DNA of 56,228 nucleotides from a virus (Duplodnaviria; Caudoviricetes): IMG/VR virus record IMGVR_UViG_3300032579_000889, positions 1 to 56,228 of that record; one strand, 5' to 3'. Shown piece by piece: positions 47,870 to 56,228 of this stretch (position 1 is its first letter; each line of letters starts with the position of its first letter). The notes under the pieces were generated by a model. It saw only the letters and a program-made list of their open reading frames with translations, ran no database searches and was not told where the DNA came from. The position numbers and the translations under genes were made by a program.

Positions 47870-49924
47870 ATGTACAAAAAGTTCATATTATCGCCATGGC
47901 TAGCCCTGTTAACACTGGCATTAATTTGCTTCATACGTGTAATAGATCCAACGTTTGTAGAAAGCGTTCGGCTGAGATACTTTGATAGTATGATTCTCAA
48001 CAGCAAACAACATGAGAACAATATTGTAGTTGCGAATATTGACGAACAGACGTTAGACAGGTACGGACAATGGCCATTTAAAAGAGATACTTATGCTGAA
48101 ATAATTCAAAGACTATATGAACATAATGCAGGTCTTGTTGTATGGGACATACTGATGCCTGAAAAGGATAGACTAGGCGGCGATGATAGTCTACAAAAAA
48201 CTTTAGAGAAATACCCAGTTGTTTTAGTAAACACTCCCTCTATGATAGGAAAAAATCAAGTTAGATCAGCCGGCGTTAGTGTTATCAATGCTCAGTATAC
48301 CGATAAAATTTTATCATACCCTGGCATAATTGCAAATATCGACGAATTAGAAAAATCAGCCGTAGGCGTAGGTTCAACACACACATTACCTGAAATAGAT
48401 GGAGTCAATAGACGTTTACCACTGTTAGTTTCCAGCGGAGGCAAAATTTATCCAAGTTTACCTATAGAAATTCTAAGGGTTTTAGCAGGTGATAAAAGTT
48501 TTCAAGTTAAATTGAACAATATTGGTGTTGATAAATTACGAATACCAGACTTTGGTGCAATTTCAACAGATCAGCTGGGTAGAGTATGGATAGATATAAA
48601 TCAAAAACCACAAACTATCAGCGTACTAGAAATTCCAAATGATTTACATAAGGCTGTTGTGATAGTAGGTACCAGTGCAGCAGGCATTGCAAATCCGGTA
48701 GCCACTGCAAAAGGTCCAATATTACCTCAACAACTACAGGCATCTATTTTAGGAACACTGATAAGTAAAATCAACATTTCTAGACCCAACTATGCAGATA
48801 GTCTTGAACTTTTTACCCTTATAATTGGCGGCGTTTTGGCTATAGCTATATCTAGATATACATGGGGCTTTATACCCGTACTTGCAGTCAGCGTAGGTAG
48901 TTATTTCATTGCTGAATGGATATATGTAAGCTACCATTATCTATTTGATATTACAGCAATAATAGTTGGCATTGGTTTAGTATATATTCATTCTTACACT
49001 GTGAAATTTCTAAGTGAATTTTTCCAAAAACAACAGATAAAAAAACAGTTTGAACAGTACCTTGCACCTACTATGATTAAAAAATTGCAAGAAAATCCAG
49101 GTTTATTGAAACTTGGAGGTGATACCCGTCAACTTACGTTGCTTTTTTGCGATATCAGAGGATTTACAACTATAAGCGAACAGTATAAGTCTAATCCGCA
49201 AGGTTTAGTCAAACTAATCAATCGTTTTTTAACTCCTATGACTGATATAATAATGAGACACCAAGGTACTATAGACAAATACATAGGAGATTGTATAATG
49301 GCGTTTTGGAACGCACCCATTGATGTTCAAGAGCAACAATCTCTAGCGGTACAGTCGGCAGTAGAAATGCTCGTTCATTTGAACAAACTGAACGAAAGTC
49401 TAAAAAAAGAAAATTCACTGCCAATTAATATAGGCATTGGAATCAATACCGGAAATGTCGTTGTAGGTAACATGGGCAGTAATCAGCGTTTTGATTATAG
49501 TTGCCTAGGAGATGCTGTAAATCTAGCATCAAGACTAGAAGGACAAACCAAAGACTATGGAGTAAAAATAATCATTGGGCATGAAACAGTGATAGGATTA
49601 CCAGACAAGTGGTTGACCATAGAGCTTGATACTATAGCCGTTAAAGGCAAATCAGAAGCTGTAAAAATTTACACATTATCCAGTTATGTAGGATTTTCAA
49701 AGCCAGATAGTTTAAAAATTGCTATTGCTCAACATGATAAATTTCTTGACGCTTATAGGACACAAAGATGGGAAAGAGCAATTATAATAGGAAAAAGTCT
49801 AGTTACAGCTTGGAATTTTGAACTCAAAGACTATTATAAGATGATGATAGAACGTTGCTATTTTTTGCAACAAAACCCGCCTGGACCTAATTGGGACGGT
49901 GTATTTAGAGCCACAAACAAATAA
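47870..49924 (+). CDS. CHASE2-domain class III adenylate/guanylate cyclase
   Basis: IDE..L..YGQWP..R CHASE2, three TMs, FCDIRGFT, DKYIGD, GDAVNLASRLEG. Confidence 0.92.
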   Translation: MYKKFILSPWLALLTLALICFIRVIDPTFVESVRLRYFDSMILNSKQHENNIVVANIDEQTLDRYGQWPFKRDTYAEIIQRLYEHNAGLVVWDILMPEKDRLGGDDSLQKTLEKYPVVLVNTPSMIGKNQVRSAGVSVINAQYTDKILSYPGIIANIDELEKSAVGVGSTHTLPEIDGVNRRLPLLVSSGGKIYPSLPIEILRVLAGDKSFQVKLNNIGVDKLRIPDFGAISTDQLGRVWIDINQKPQTISVLEIPNDLHKAVVIVGTSAAGIANPVATAKGPILPQQLQASILGTLISKINISRPNYADSLELFTLIIGGVLAIAISRYTWGFIPVLAVSVGSYFIAEWIYVSYHYLFDITAIIVGIGLVYIHSYTVKFLSEFFQKQQIKKQFEQYLAPTMIKKLQENPGLLKLGGDTRQLTLLFCDIRGFTTISEQYKSNPQGLVKLINRFLTPMTDIIMRHQGTIDKYIGDCIMAFWNAPIDVQEQQSLAVQSAVEMLVHLNKLNESLKKENSLPINIGIGINTGNVVVGNMGSNQRFDYSCLGDAVNLASRLEGQTKDYGVKIIIGHETVIGLPDKWLTIELDTIAVKGKSEAVKIYTLSSYVGFSKPDSLKIAIAQHDKFLDAYRTQRWERAIIIGKSLVTAWNFELKDYYKMMIERCYFLQQNPPGPNWDGVFRATNK

Positions 49925-50254
49925 TCAACTGCTACCGGATGCTGCTTCATGATCTTCTGCTGTGCCTGTTTTGTTGTGACGATTGATTAATTTTTCAGCA
50001 TCTACTCGTTCATGATCAATAGTTTTTCCACGCAGGTGTAACACTGTGTTGACTTTTTGATTCAATCGTATCAAATCGTTATCAAGCATTCTTATTCTAT
50101 CTATAAGCGCAATCAAAACAGCATTTGCATCGCCTAAAACAGGTTTAACTTCTTTAGTGCACCATTCCCATACATAATGTATCACAAATCCCATCCCAAC
50201 TGCCATTACAATTGGAAAACCATATTTTGCTATTAGATCGCTTATTTCCCCCAT
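49925..50254 (-). CDS. small membrane protein
   Basis: YGFPIV TM plus coiled coil; paralog of 50439 ORF. Confidence 0.7.
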   Translation of the reverse strand: MGEISDLIAKYGFPIVMAVGMGFVIHYVWEWCTKEVKPVLGDANAVLIALIDRIRMLDNDLIRLNQKVNTVLHLRGKTIDHERVDAEKLINRHNKTGTAEDHEAASGSS

Positions 50255-50438
50255 AATTTAATTACCTGCTCCATTTTCACTTTTGATTCTTACAAACACC
50301 AACTTGATATTTTCCCTTATTAGTGTAACACAATTGTCGCATTCTTAGCTTTGTTATACAAAAAGCATAGGTGAGCTCTTCTTGTTACAATGTACCAATA
50401 TTTATAGGGTGCTAAAAGTTACAATATTGCTAGTTAAA

Positions 50439-50747
50439 TTAGTCTCGTCTAGCGTCAGATTTACCATCTGCGCGGGCAATTCTTTCAACATCAGGTCTTA
50501 GGCCAAGAGCATTACTGATTTGCAAATCTACTCTTACAACTTCGTGATTGATAGTCTTCACTCTGTTATCAAGTGCTGTGATAATGCCGGCCATACTTTT
50601 AATGCTGCCAAGAACTCCTGTTAGTAAAAGTCTGATGGTCAGATATACAAAATAAATTCCAGCAAGAGCCGCAACTATTGGAAAACCGAGATCACCTATT
50701 ATTTTGAATACATCTTGCATGGCCATAATCGCATTTGCGTATGCCAA
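50439..50747 (-). CDS. small membrane protein
   Basis: LGFPIV TM plus coiled coil; true start probably 50720-50726. Confidence 0.7.
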   Translation of the reverse strand: MAYANAIMAMQDVFKIIGDLGFPIVAALAGIYFVYLTIRLLLTGVLGSIKSMAGIITALDNRVKTINHEVVRVDLQISNALGLRPDVERIARADGKSDARRD

Positions 50748-50900
50748 TATTTAAATGTACATTTATCTCAAATAAAACTATAGATAAACCCATCCTGGGT
50801 GTAGAAGCCAGGTGTCATTTGCTGGTTTGGCAGCTGGATCACCTATAAATGCATCAACACTCATACCGGGAATAACACACAGATCAAAATATTGTTCTCC

Positions 50901-51257
50901 CTATGTTTGAGAAACAATATCTGCTTTAAAACTTTCAAACTCGCTGTCAGTCATTTCATTTAAGGTTTCGGTAAACTGAATATTTTTGGCTGAATTATAG
51001 GTAGGTAAACCTGATTCTCTTACAGCATTATTTGCATCATTTTTCCAGGTATCATACGTGGTTTGGTTGTCAAAATCATACAGAGCGTATTTTGTTAGTA
51101 TATCCTGCGTATAACGAGGTTCGTATATGTTCATATTAGATCGCAACGAAGTATGTAATTGGTACAAATCCCATGGTCTAGGATCAGTTATCAACTGCGT
51201 ATAAAACGGAATTTGTATAGAAGAGCGAACGTGTTTGCGCAAAAGCACTAGTACCAT
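50901..51257 (-). CDS. hypothetical protein
   Basis: 118 aa; frame continues 12 codons beyond the TAG. Confidence 0.55.
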   Translation of the reverse strand: MVLVLLRKHVRSSIQIPFYTQLITDPRPWDLYQLHTSLRSNMNIYEPRYTQDILTKYALYDFDNQTTYDTWKNDANNAVRESGLPTYNSAKNIQFTETLNEMTDSEFESFKADIVSQT

Positions 51258-51324
51258 ATGATTTACCTGTTGAGTTGCAAAATTATTTATAGAGAATATT
51301 TAAAAAAACCAAAGAAACGCAATT

Positions 51325-51948
51325 TTAACTGCTCGTAACAAGTGTTTTGAATCGTACCCGACTAGTTGAATCAGATTTAATTATAAACTGACAGAGTTTT
51401 TCTAAACATTCCTCAAATGAAGGATTTCCTTTAAATCTCAAACTAATGCACCATCTGTCTTGTGTATGTAAATTTTCAACATTGTGAGGTATGCCGGTTC
51501 TTACTAATGTAGGGTTAGTTATGTATTGACGATTAAGCAATTGAAAATTTTGTAAATTTTCTGTGGTTGAATTTTGTCTAATGCCGTAATGTATGCCGTT
51601 CAGTCGCAGTGTTGGTTGTTCTGGATAGATAGCAGTATCTTTTATATCATACCAATTCATAAATGATGGAGTTTTAAAGAGGTTAATGTTCACACTACAT
51701 TCCCATTTTACCCATTCATTTATAATAGGATTATACACAATATCTGTGTGTATGACTCCGATATTTTTGGGCGGTTTACAAAACAATTCAGCATCTTTTA
51801 CAATTAGTCCAGTAGAATATAACAGATCTAAAACAACAGGATTAAAATCTTTAACCGTGAGATTCTAATACCTGTATTCAGGTGCAGGCATAACATAACT
51901 GCTGCTGATTATATTAGTTGGAAATTTAGGTAATTCTACAAAATTCAT
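51325..51948 (-). pseudogene. cupin/2OG-Fe(II) oxygenase-like gene with in-frame TAG
   Basis: ATG 51948, TAG at 51865-51867, same frame continues to IHTD...PHNV..RWCISLRF. Confidence 0.6.
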
Positions 51949-52086
51949 TTGAGATACTTACAATTTTACTATTCTTTTATTGTAAAAATCTATGAGCCTA
52001 AATGCTATATCGAAAAACTTTGATTGACATTCTTCAAGTTAAATTATATTCTAGCATTGTACCGCTTAAACGGAAAGTTGACTGTT

Positions 52087-53019
52087 ATGAAAATTGTTTC
52101 TGGTAACTCAAATCAAACTCTTAGTAATGCAGTAGCAGATCATCTCAAAACTAAATTGGTAAAAGCATCTATCAAACGATTTGCTGATATGGAAATTTCT
52201 GTAGAAATACAGGAAAATATTAGAGGTGAAGATGTTTTTGTAATTCAAAGCACTAATTATCCAGCAAATGATAATTTAATGGAACTACTACTCATTTTGG
52301 ATGCATTAAAACGTAGTAGTGCGAAGCGTGTTACAGCAGTTATTCCATACTTTGGCTATGCTAGGCAGGATAGAAAAAGTGGTCCACGGACACCAATCTC
52401 GGCTAAATTGGTTGCTAACTTAATTACCAACGCAGGAGCAAATCGCATTCTAACCTTGGATCTGCATGCTGGACAAATTCAAGGATTTTTTGATATTCCA
52501 GTAGATAATCTATATGCAGCACCGTTGTTTGCCAAAAACATTAATGAGCGTTTTCCAACGGGAGATGCAATGGTAGTATCACCTGATGTAGGCGGTGTGG
52601 TTAGAGCAAGAACGCTAGCTACACGTCTAAACACCGACTTGGCAATTATCGATAAACGACGTGAGCGAGCTGGAATTTCAGAGGTAATGAACGTAATCGG
52701 CGACGTTGCGGGAAGAAATTGCATTCTAATTGACGATCTAGTAGACAGCGGCGGAACACTTGTAAATGCTTCTAATGCGTTGTTCAATAAAGGTGCGTTA
52801 TCAGTCAGTGTCTATGTTACTCATGGGGTTTTAAGCGGACAAGCTGTTACAAGATTAGCAAATAGTTCTATCAATTCAATTACTATTACAGATAGCATTT
52901 GTCCCACAGCTGAAATAGCATCTTCGACACAAATAAATCAACTTACAGTTGCACCATTAATAGCTGATGCAATGGATAGAATCCATAACGAAAAAAGCGT
53001 CAGCAGTCTTTTTGATTAA
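52087..53019 (+). CDS. prs: ribose-phosphate pyrophosphokinase
   Basis: [28 protein letters not shown] and DDLVDSGGT motifs. Confidence 0.97.
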   Translation: MKIVSGNSNQTLSNAVADHLKTKLVKASIKRFADMEISVEIQENIRGEDVFVIQSTNYPANDNLMELLLILDALKRSSAKRVTAVIPYFGYARQDRKSGPRTPISAKLVANLITNAGANRILTLDLHAGQIQGFFDIPVDNLYAAPLFAKNINERFPTGDAMVVSPDVGGVVRARTLATRLNTDLAIIDKRRERAGISEVMNVIGDVAGRNCILIDDLVDSGGTLVNASNALFNKGALSVSVYVTHGVLSGQAVTRLANSSINSITITDSICPTAEIASSTQINQLTVAPLIADAMDRIHNEKSVSSLFD

Positions 53020-53648
53020 CAATTGATAACAGGAATACCTTTTGGTCTATTAAAAGGTATTCCTGTGTCTATATAAAATTTAATCTTTTTGGCCCATTCT
53101 GTGTTGGTAATTTGACCGGGGTGTGAACCATCTGCTGCGTAATCTTGACCAGATTTAAACCATATATTTGTTTCAGCGTCGGTTATTAGATCTTTTGCTG
53201 CTGTGATTTGAATATTTGAAAGAAACAGCCAAGCTAAATTTTTATTAGCTAACCATAGCGCCGCATGCTCAATAGTAAGAATAGAACGTCTGGTGATATC
53301 TAAATCGCTATGTGCTTTATAGTAGTTTTTTGCTTCCAAATTAGTCATCCAGTTTCCGATATGCCTAACGCTTTCATCAGACATTAATAGAAAATCTCTG
53401 TCAACGAAACTCCATTGGACTATTACCAAATCGTTTGCTTGAAATTCAGTTTCTCTAATTACCTTGAAAATATATTGATTACTACACCCAGGTTTTGATA
53501 GGTTCACATGTACAGTTCCAAACATATCTGCCAGTTGTGCAGCCCATCCTAATTGTGACGGACAGTTTCCTGGTTTATTTTCGGAACAGAGACAATCATC
53601 TAAACCATGTCCGTATGTGAAACTGTCTCCAAAAAAGACCAATCTCAA
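53016..53648 (-). CDS. SGNH/GDSL hydrolase-like protein
   Basis: [21 protein letters not shown]; TTG start overlapping the upstream TGA. Confidence 0.8.
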   Translation of the reverse strand: MRLVFFGDSFTYGHGLDDCLCSENKPGNCPSQLGWAAQLADMFGTVHVNLSKPGCSNQYIFKVIRETEFQANDLVIVQWSFVDRDFLLMSDESVRHIGNWMTNLEAKNYYKAHSDLDITRRSILTIEHAALWLANKNLAWLFLSNIQITAAKDLITDAETNIWFKSGQDYAADGSHPGQITNTEWAKKIKFYIDTGIPFNRPKGIPVINC

Positions 53649-54280
53649 TCGCTGACCTTTGAAGTAGAATGAAGCGGTGCGTAAGGTTTTGTTGTCGACG
53701 GTACAACCGGTTCCCACCAATGAATTTTAGATGACATATGTGGAATACCCGATGGAGAATGAGCATGTGCATGACGCTTTGTTGCATATTCGATGTATCT
53801 CAATTTATTTTGTTTTTGATTGTACGACCACCAACGCACTTCTACTGTAATATGACTTTCTGCCATCCAATAATCTAATCGATATCGTGGATTAAATTCA
53901 GACCACAATTCCCACCCAATGCTTACAACAGGTTTTTTAACCTCCTGTCTAATTTTATCTAAATCTGTTAATGCTAGTTGATGCATTATCCACCATGCAA
54001 CTTGGCAAACAATTTTGTAAACAAATTGTGACGTTTTGCCTATGCTTTTAAGAATGAGTTGTGCAGTTCCTGTTGGATTATTATTTTTACAAATAGTTCT
54101 TCGAATACACCTGATAGGGAATAAAATTAAAAATCTTGGAAACTTGAATAAGGCTATAACAAAGATAAAGGAAATAGCCTTATACACAAATGTCACGGCC
54201 CAGGCAAATAGTTTTAGGCTCTTGACTAGTAAATTTCTTCCAAAACGTTTTAGTTTGCTAGGTTGTTTAACTGTGTTCAT
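53645..54280 (-). CDS. hypothetical membrane-anchored protein
   Basis: 211 aa with hydrophobic N-terminal stretch. Confidence 0.6.
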   Translation of the reverse strand: MNTVKQPSKLKRFGRNLLVKSLKLFAWAVTFVYKAISFIFVIALFKFPRFLILFPIRCIRRTICKNNNPTGTAQLILKSIGKTSQFVYKIVCQVAWWIMHQLALTDLDKIRQEVKKPVVSIGWELWSEFNPRYRLDYWMAESHITVEVRWWSYNQKQNKLRYIEYATKRHAHAHSPSGIPHMSSKIHWWEPVVPSTTKPYAPLHSTSKVSD

Positions 54281-54392
54281 ACGTATATTTATCTTGAATT
54301 TTTATTATGCAGGCAAATGACAGCTTGTACTGTACATATTGATAATCATTAAAATAAATAACATTCAACAATCTAAATTTAGGAAAATTCTT

Positions 54393-55001
54393 ATGCCATA
54401 TACGCATGCAGAGATTATGAAAAATTATATGGAACTATTAGAAACTTCTGTCGGAATGAACCCTCTTCATGCTGTAGACGACAAAGAACTTTCAAAGTTT
54501 CAACAAATGTCGCCAGAAAAACGAAAAATTGCCACCCAAGATCAGCAGGCAGCACTTGATATAGAGCAGTCCAATAGAGAGCACGGTGATGATGAAGCAT
54601 ACGAAGGCAATCAATTTAGTGGTGCACGGAAGGCAGCTATACAAGCAGGCAAAGATTCATTTACTGTAGATGGAAAAACCTATAGTGTAACCGGCGATAC
54701 CAACCTACCTGAAGATAGTGTTCATAATCAATTTGAAAATCCAAAGCGTACCGCTTCAAATCAGAAACCAAACTGGTCAACACAAGGCACAACGAGTCAA
54801 AATTATTCATCAAGTGCTAGAAAAAACTGGGATGATTATATAAGTAATGAATCTGATATAGAAGGTACAACAGATCAAAACTATACAGCAGATGAACAAC
54901 ACGATTGGGACAAAAAAGGCGCTAACGAATCAGCAGATTGGGATAATGTGCTAGACGAGACTACAAATGACTTCATTAACAAATGGGATGCTGCAAACTA
55001 A
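54393..55001 (+). CDS. hypothetical, probable virion protein
   Basis: TAAATA upstream; EGNQFSGA..GKDSFTVDGKTY module; acidic. Confidence 0.65.
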   Translation: MPYTHAEIMKNYMELLETSVGMNPLHAVDDKELSKFQQMSPEKRKIATQDQQAALDIEQSNREHGDDEAYEGNQFSGARKAAIQAGKDSFTVDGKTYSVTGDTNLPEDSVHNQFENPKRTASNQKPNWSTQGTTSQNYSSSARKNWDDYISNESDIEGTTDQNYTADEQHDWDKKGANESADWDNVLDETTNDFINKWDAAN

Positions 55002-55097
55002 GCGCAGACTGTATTAAAACTTGCAATTATACTTTGACGATAGGAACCATCAGCTATTTTTAATTTGATTATTTGATACTAACAAAAAGGGAAAAAT

Positions 55098-55745
55098 GTG
55101 CGACGTTTGATTTTAGTAGTTCTTACAATTTTAACTATCGCACATTTTTACAGTGCTGAGTTTGGAAAAAAAATCTACTGTTTTATAGAAACATCACTAG
55201 GTTACACCTGCAACAAGTGCAGAGATTTTAAATCCGTTACGCAAATACATATTGTCATACCCTTGGAAACCTTCAACTGGCAACCGATAAACATACCAGA
55301 ACCAAATTATGTAGATATGTCTCAATTTAAAAATTCATATTGTGGAACTTTCTTGGTACCTCTTCTTGAATACGAACACATGAGTAGAGGATTTACATTA
55401 AATGCCAACAATCCTCATACAGGAGTAGACTTAGTAGCACCCTTTAACAGCCCTGTATTAGCAGCAAATGATGGAACAATTGAATTTATCGGCTGGCTTG
55501 GCGATTATGGAAGACTAATTGATATTAGACATAAAAATGGATTAGTTACCAGATATGCGCATCTAAATTCTTTTGCAGTTGGACTTAAACTACAGGCCTC
55601 TGTATTAAGAGGACACACAATTGGATATGTTGGCACAAGTGGTCACACAACAGGTCCTCACCTACATTTCGAAATTATTTCACATGAAACACCAATAAAT
55701 CCAGCTCCTTATCTAGGTTTATCTGCTTGCAAAAATTATAATTAG
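55098..55745 (+). CDS. M23 family metallopeptidase
   Basis: HTGVD, YAHL and GPHLHFE motifs; N-terminal signal. Confidence 0.92.
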   Translation: MRRLILVVLTILTIAHFYSAEFGKKIYCFIETSLGYTCNKCRDFKSVTQIHIVIPLETFNWQPINIPEPNYVDMSQFKNSYCGTFLVPLLEYEHMSRGFTLNANNPHTGVDLVAPFNSPVLAANDGTIEFIGWLGDYGRLIDIRHKNGLVTRYAHLNSFAVGLKLQASVLRGHTIGYVGTSGHTTGPHLHFEIISHETPINPAPYLGLSACKNYN

Positions 55746-55796
55746 ATTGACAGCTACAGTGTTCGCTGTGTAATTTACTAGAGAAAGGTTAATTTT

Positions 55797-56225
55797 ATGA
55801 AAATTCTAAATGAATCTTCTATATACAAGCCAGCAGGCATTAAGATTGTAGAAGATAAGATGAATGCAAAATACGTTTGCGAGAGTTGCCTTAGAAATCG
55901 TGACGGTGGCTGGGCAAACGTCCCTGTAGCTATTTTTTATACAGAACTAGCACACCCTGAAGGTAGCAATTATTTTGGCATTTATAATAATATTGACGGC
56001 CGCACTACGATTACAAATGCGATTTCTGCCACTGAACCTTTTAGCGGACTGTTAATTGATAATGAGGTAGTTTACAGCAGATATCGTCATGACTTTAGAG
56101 GACATAATGGAATTTTTGTCGATGGTGGTAGAGATTATCTTAGGTTTGGCGGCGAACGCATAGACCAAGCAGAGATAGTTAAAATTCAAATTGTAAAGGA
56201 CCATTTGGAAATTGTTACTAATTAA
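55797..56225 (+). CDS. conserved hypothetical phage protein
   Basis: YSRYRHDF..VDGGRDYLR; TTGACA promoter upstream. Confidence 0.7.
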   Translation: MKILNESSIYKPAGIKIVEDKMNAKYVCESCLRNRDGGWANVPVAIFYTELAHPEGSNYFGIYNNIDGRTTITNAISATEPFSGLLIDNEVVYSRYRHDFRGHNGIFVDGGRDYLRFGGERIDQAEIVKIQIVKDHLEIVTN

Positions 56226-56228
56226 TAA

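Noticed and set aside
50255-50438. Gene between the two small membrane paralogs
   Set aside because: Only short stop-interrupted frames follow a TATAAATA. It may be a remnant but cannot be called.
402-54600. Numerous 60-160 aa antisense or nested ORFs in the track
   Set aside because: They are shadows of well-supported genes, with no motifs or RBS.
1-56228. Genome-wide stop codon reassignment
   Set aside because: Code 11 gives dense, full-length conserved genes, and TAG/TGA end well-defined proteins (iscA, nrdB, clpX) at the expected positions.
1-56228. CRISPR array or long non-coding repeat array
   Set aside because: No regularly spaced repeats were seen by eye. The repeats found are coding (collagen-like, Pro-Ala, endonuclease modules).

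Overview
AT-rich, gene-dense segment of a large T4-like (jumbo) dsDNA phage, most likely infecting an alphaproteobacterium. The host call is an inference from a permuted two-piece tmRNA with an ANDN...LAA tag, an alpha-type prs, a ROSE-like thermometer and a PhaR-like box. The window holds late/virion genes with TAAATA promoters, nucleotide-metabolism genes (nrdA, nrdB, grx, prs), a type II topoisomerase, translation and proteostasis genes (tmRNA, Smr, ClpX, ClpS, IF3, bS21, TilS, Hsp20), polyamine enzymes, glycosyltransferases, radical SAM proteins and a CHASE2 adenylate cyclase. The standout is a four-piece class Ia RNR alpha subunit. Two atypically split inteins flank an 8-residue micro-extein (SQGGIRNA) carried on its own ORF. 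A third break has no intein and is bounded by a basic tail and an acidic head. Each break holds a different free-standing homing endonuclease. The topoisomerase large subunit is also broken by a split intein, whose N-half has a duplicated Hint segment. Three of the four endonuclease genes have an RBS-sequestering hairpin with the late promoter inside it. All calls come from motif recognition by eye; no database searches were run.
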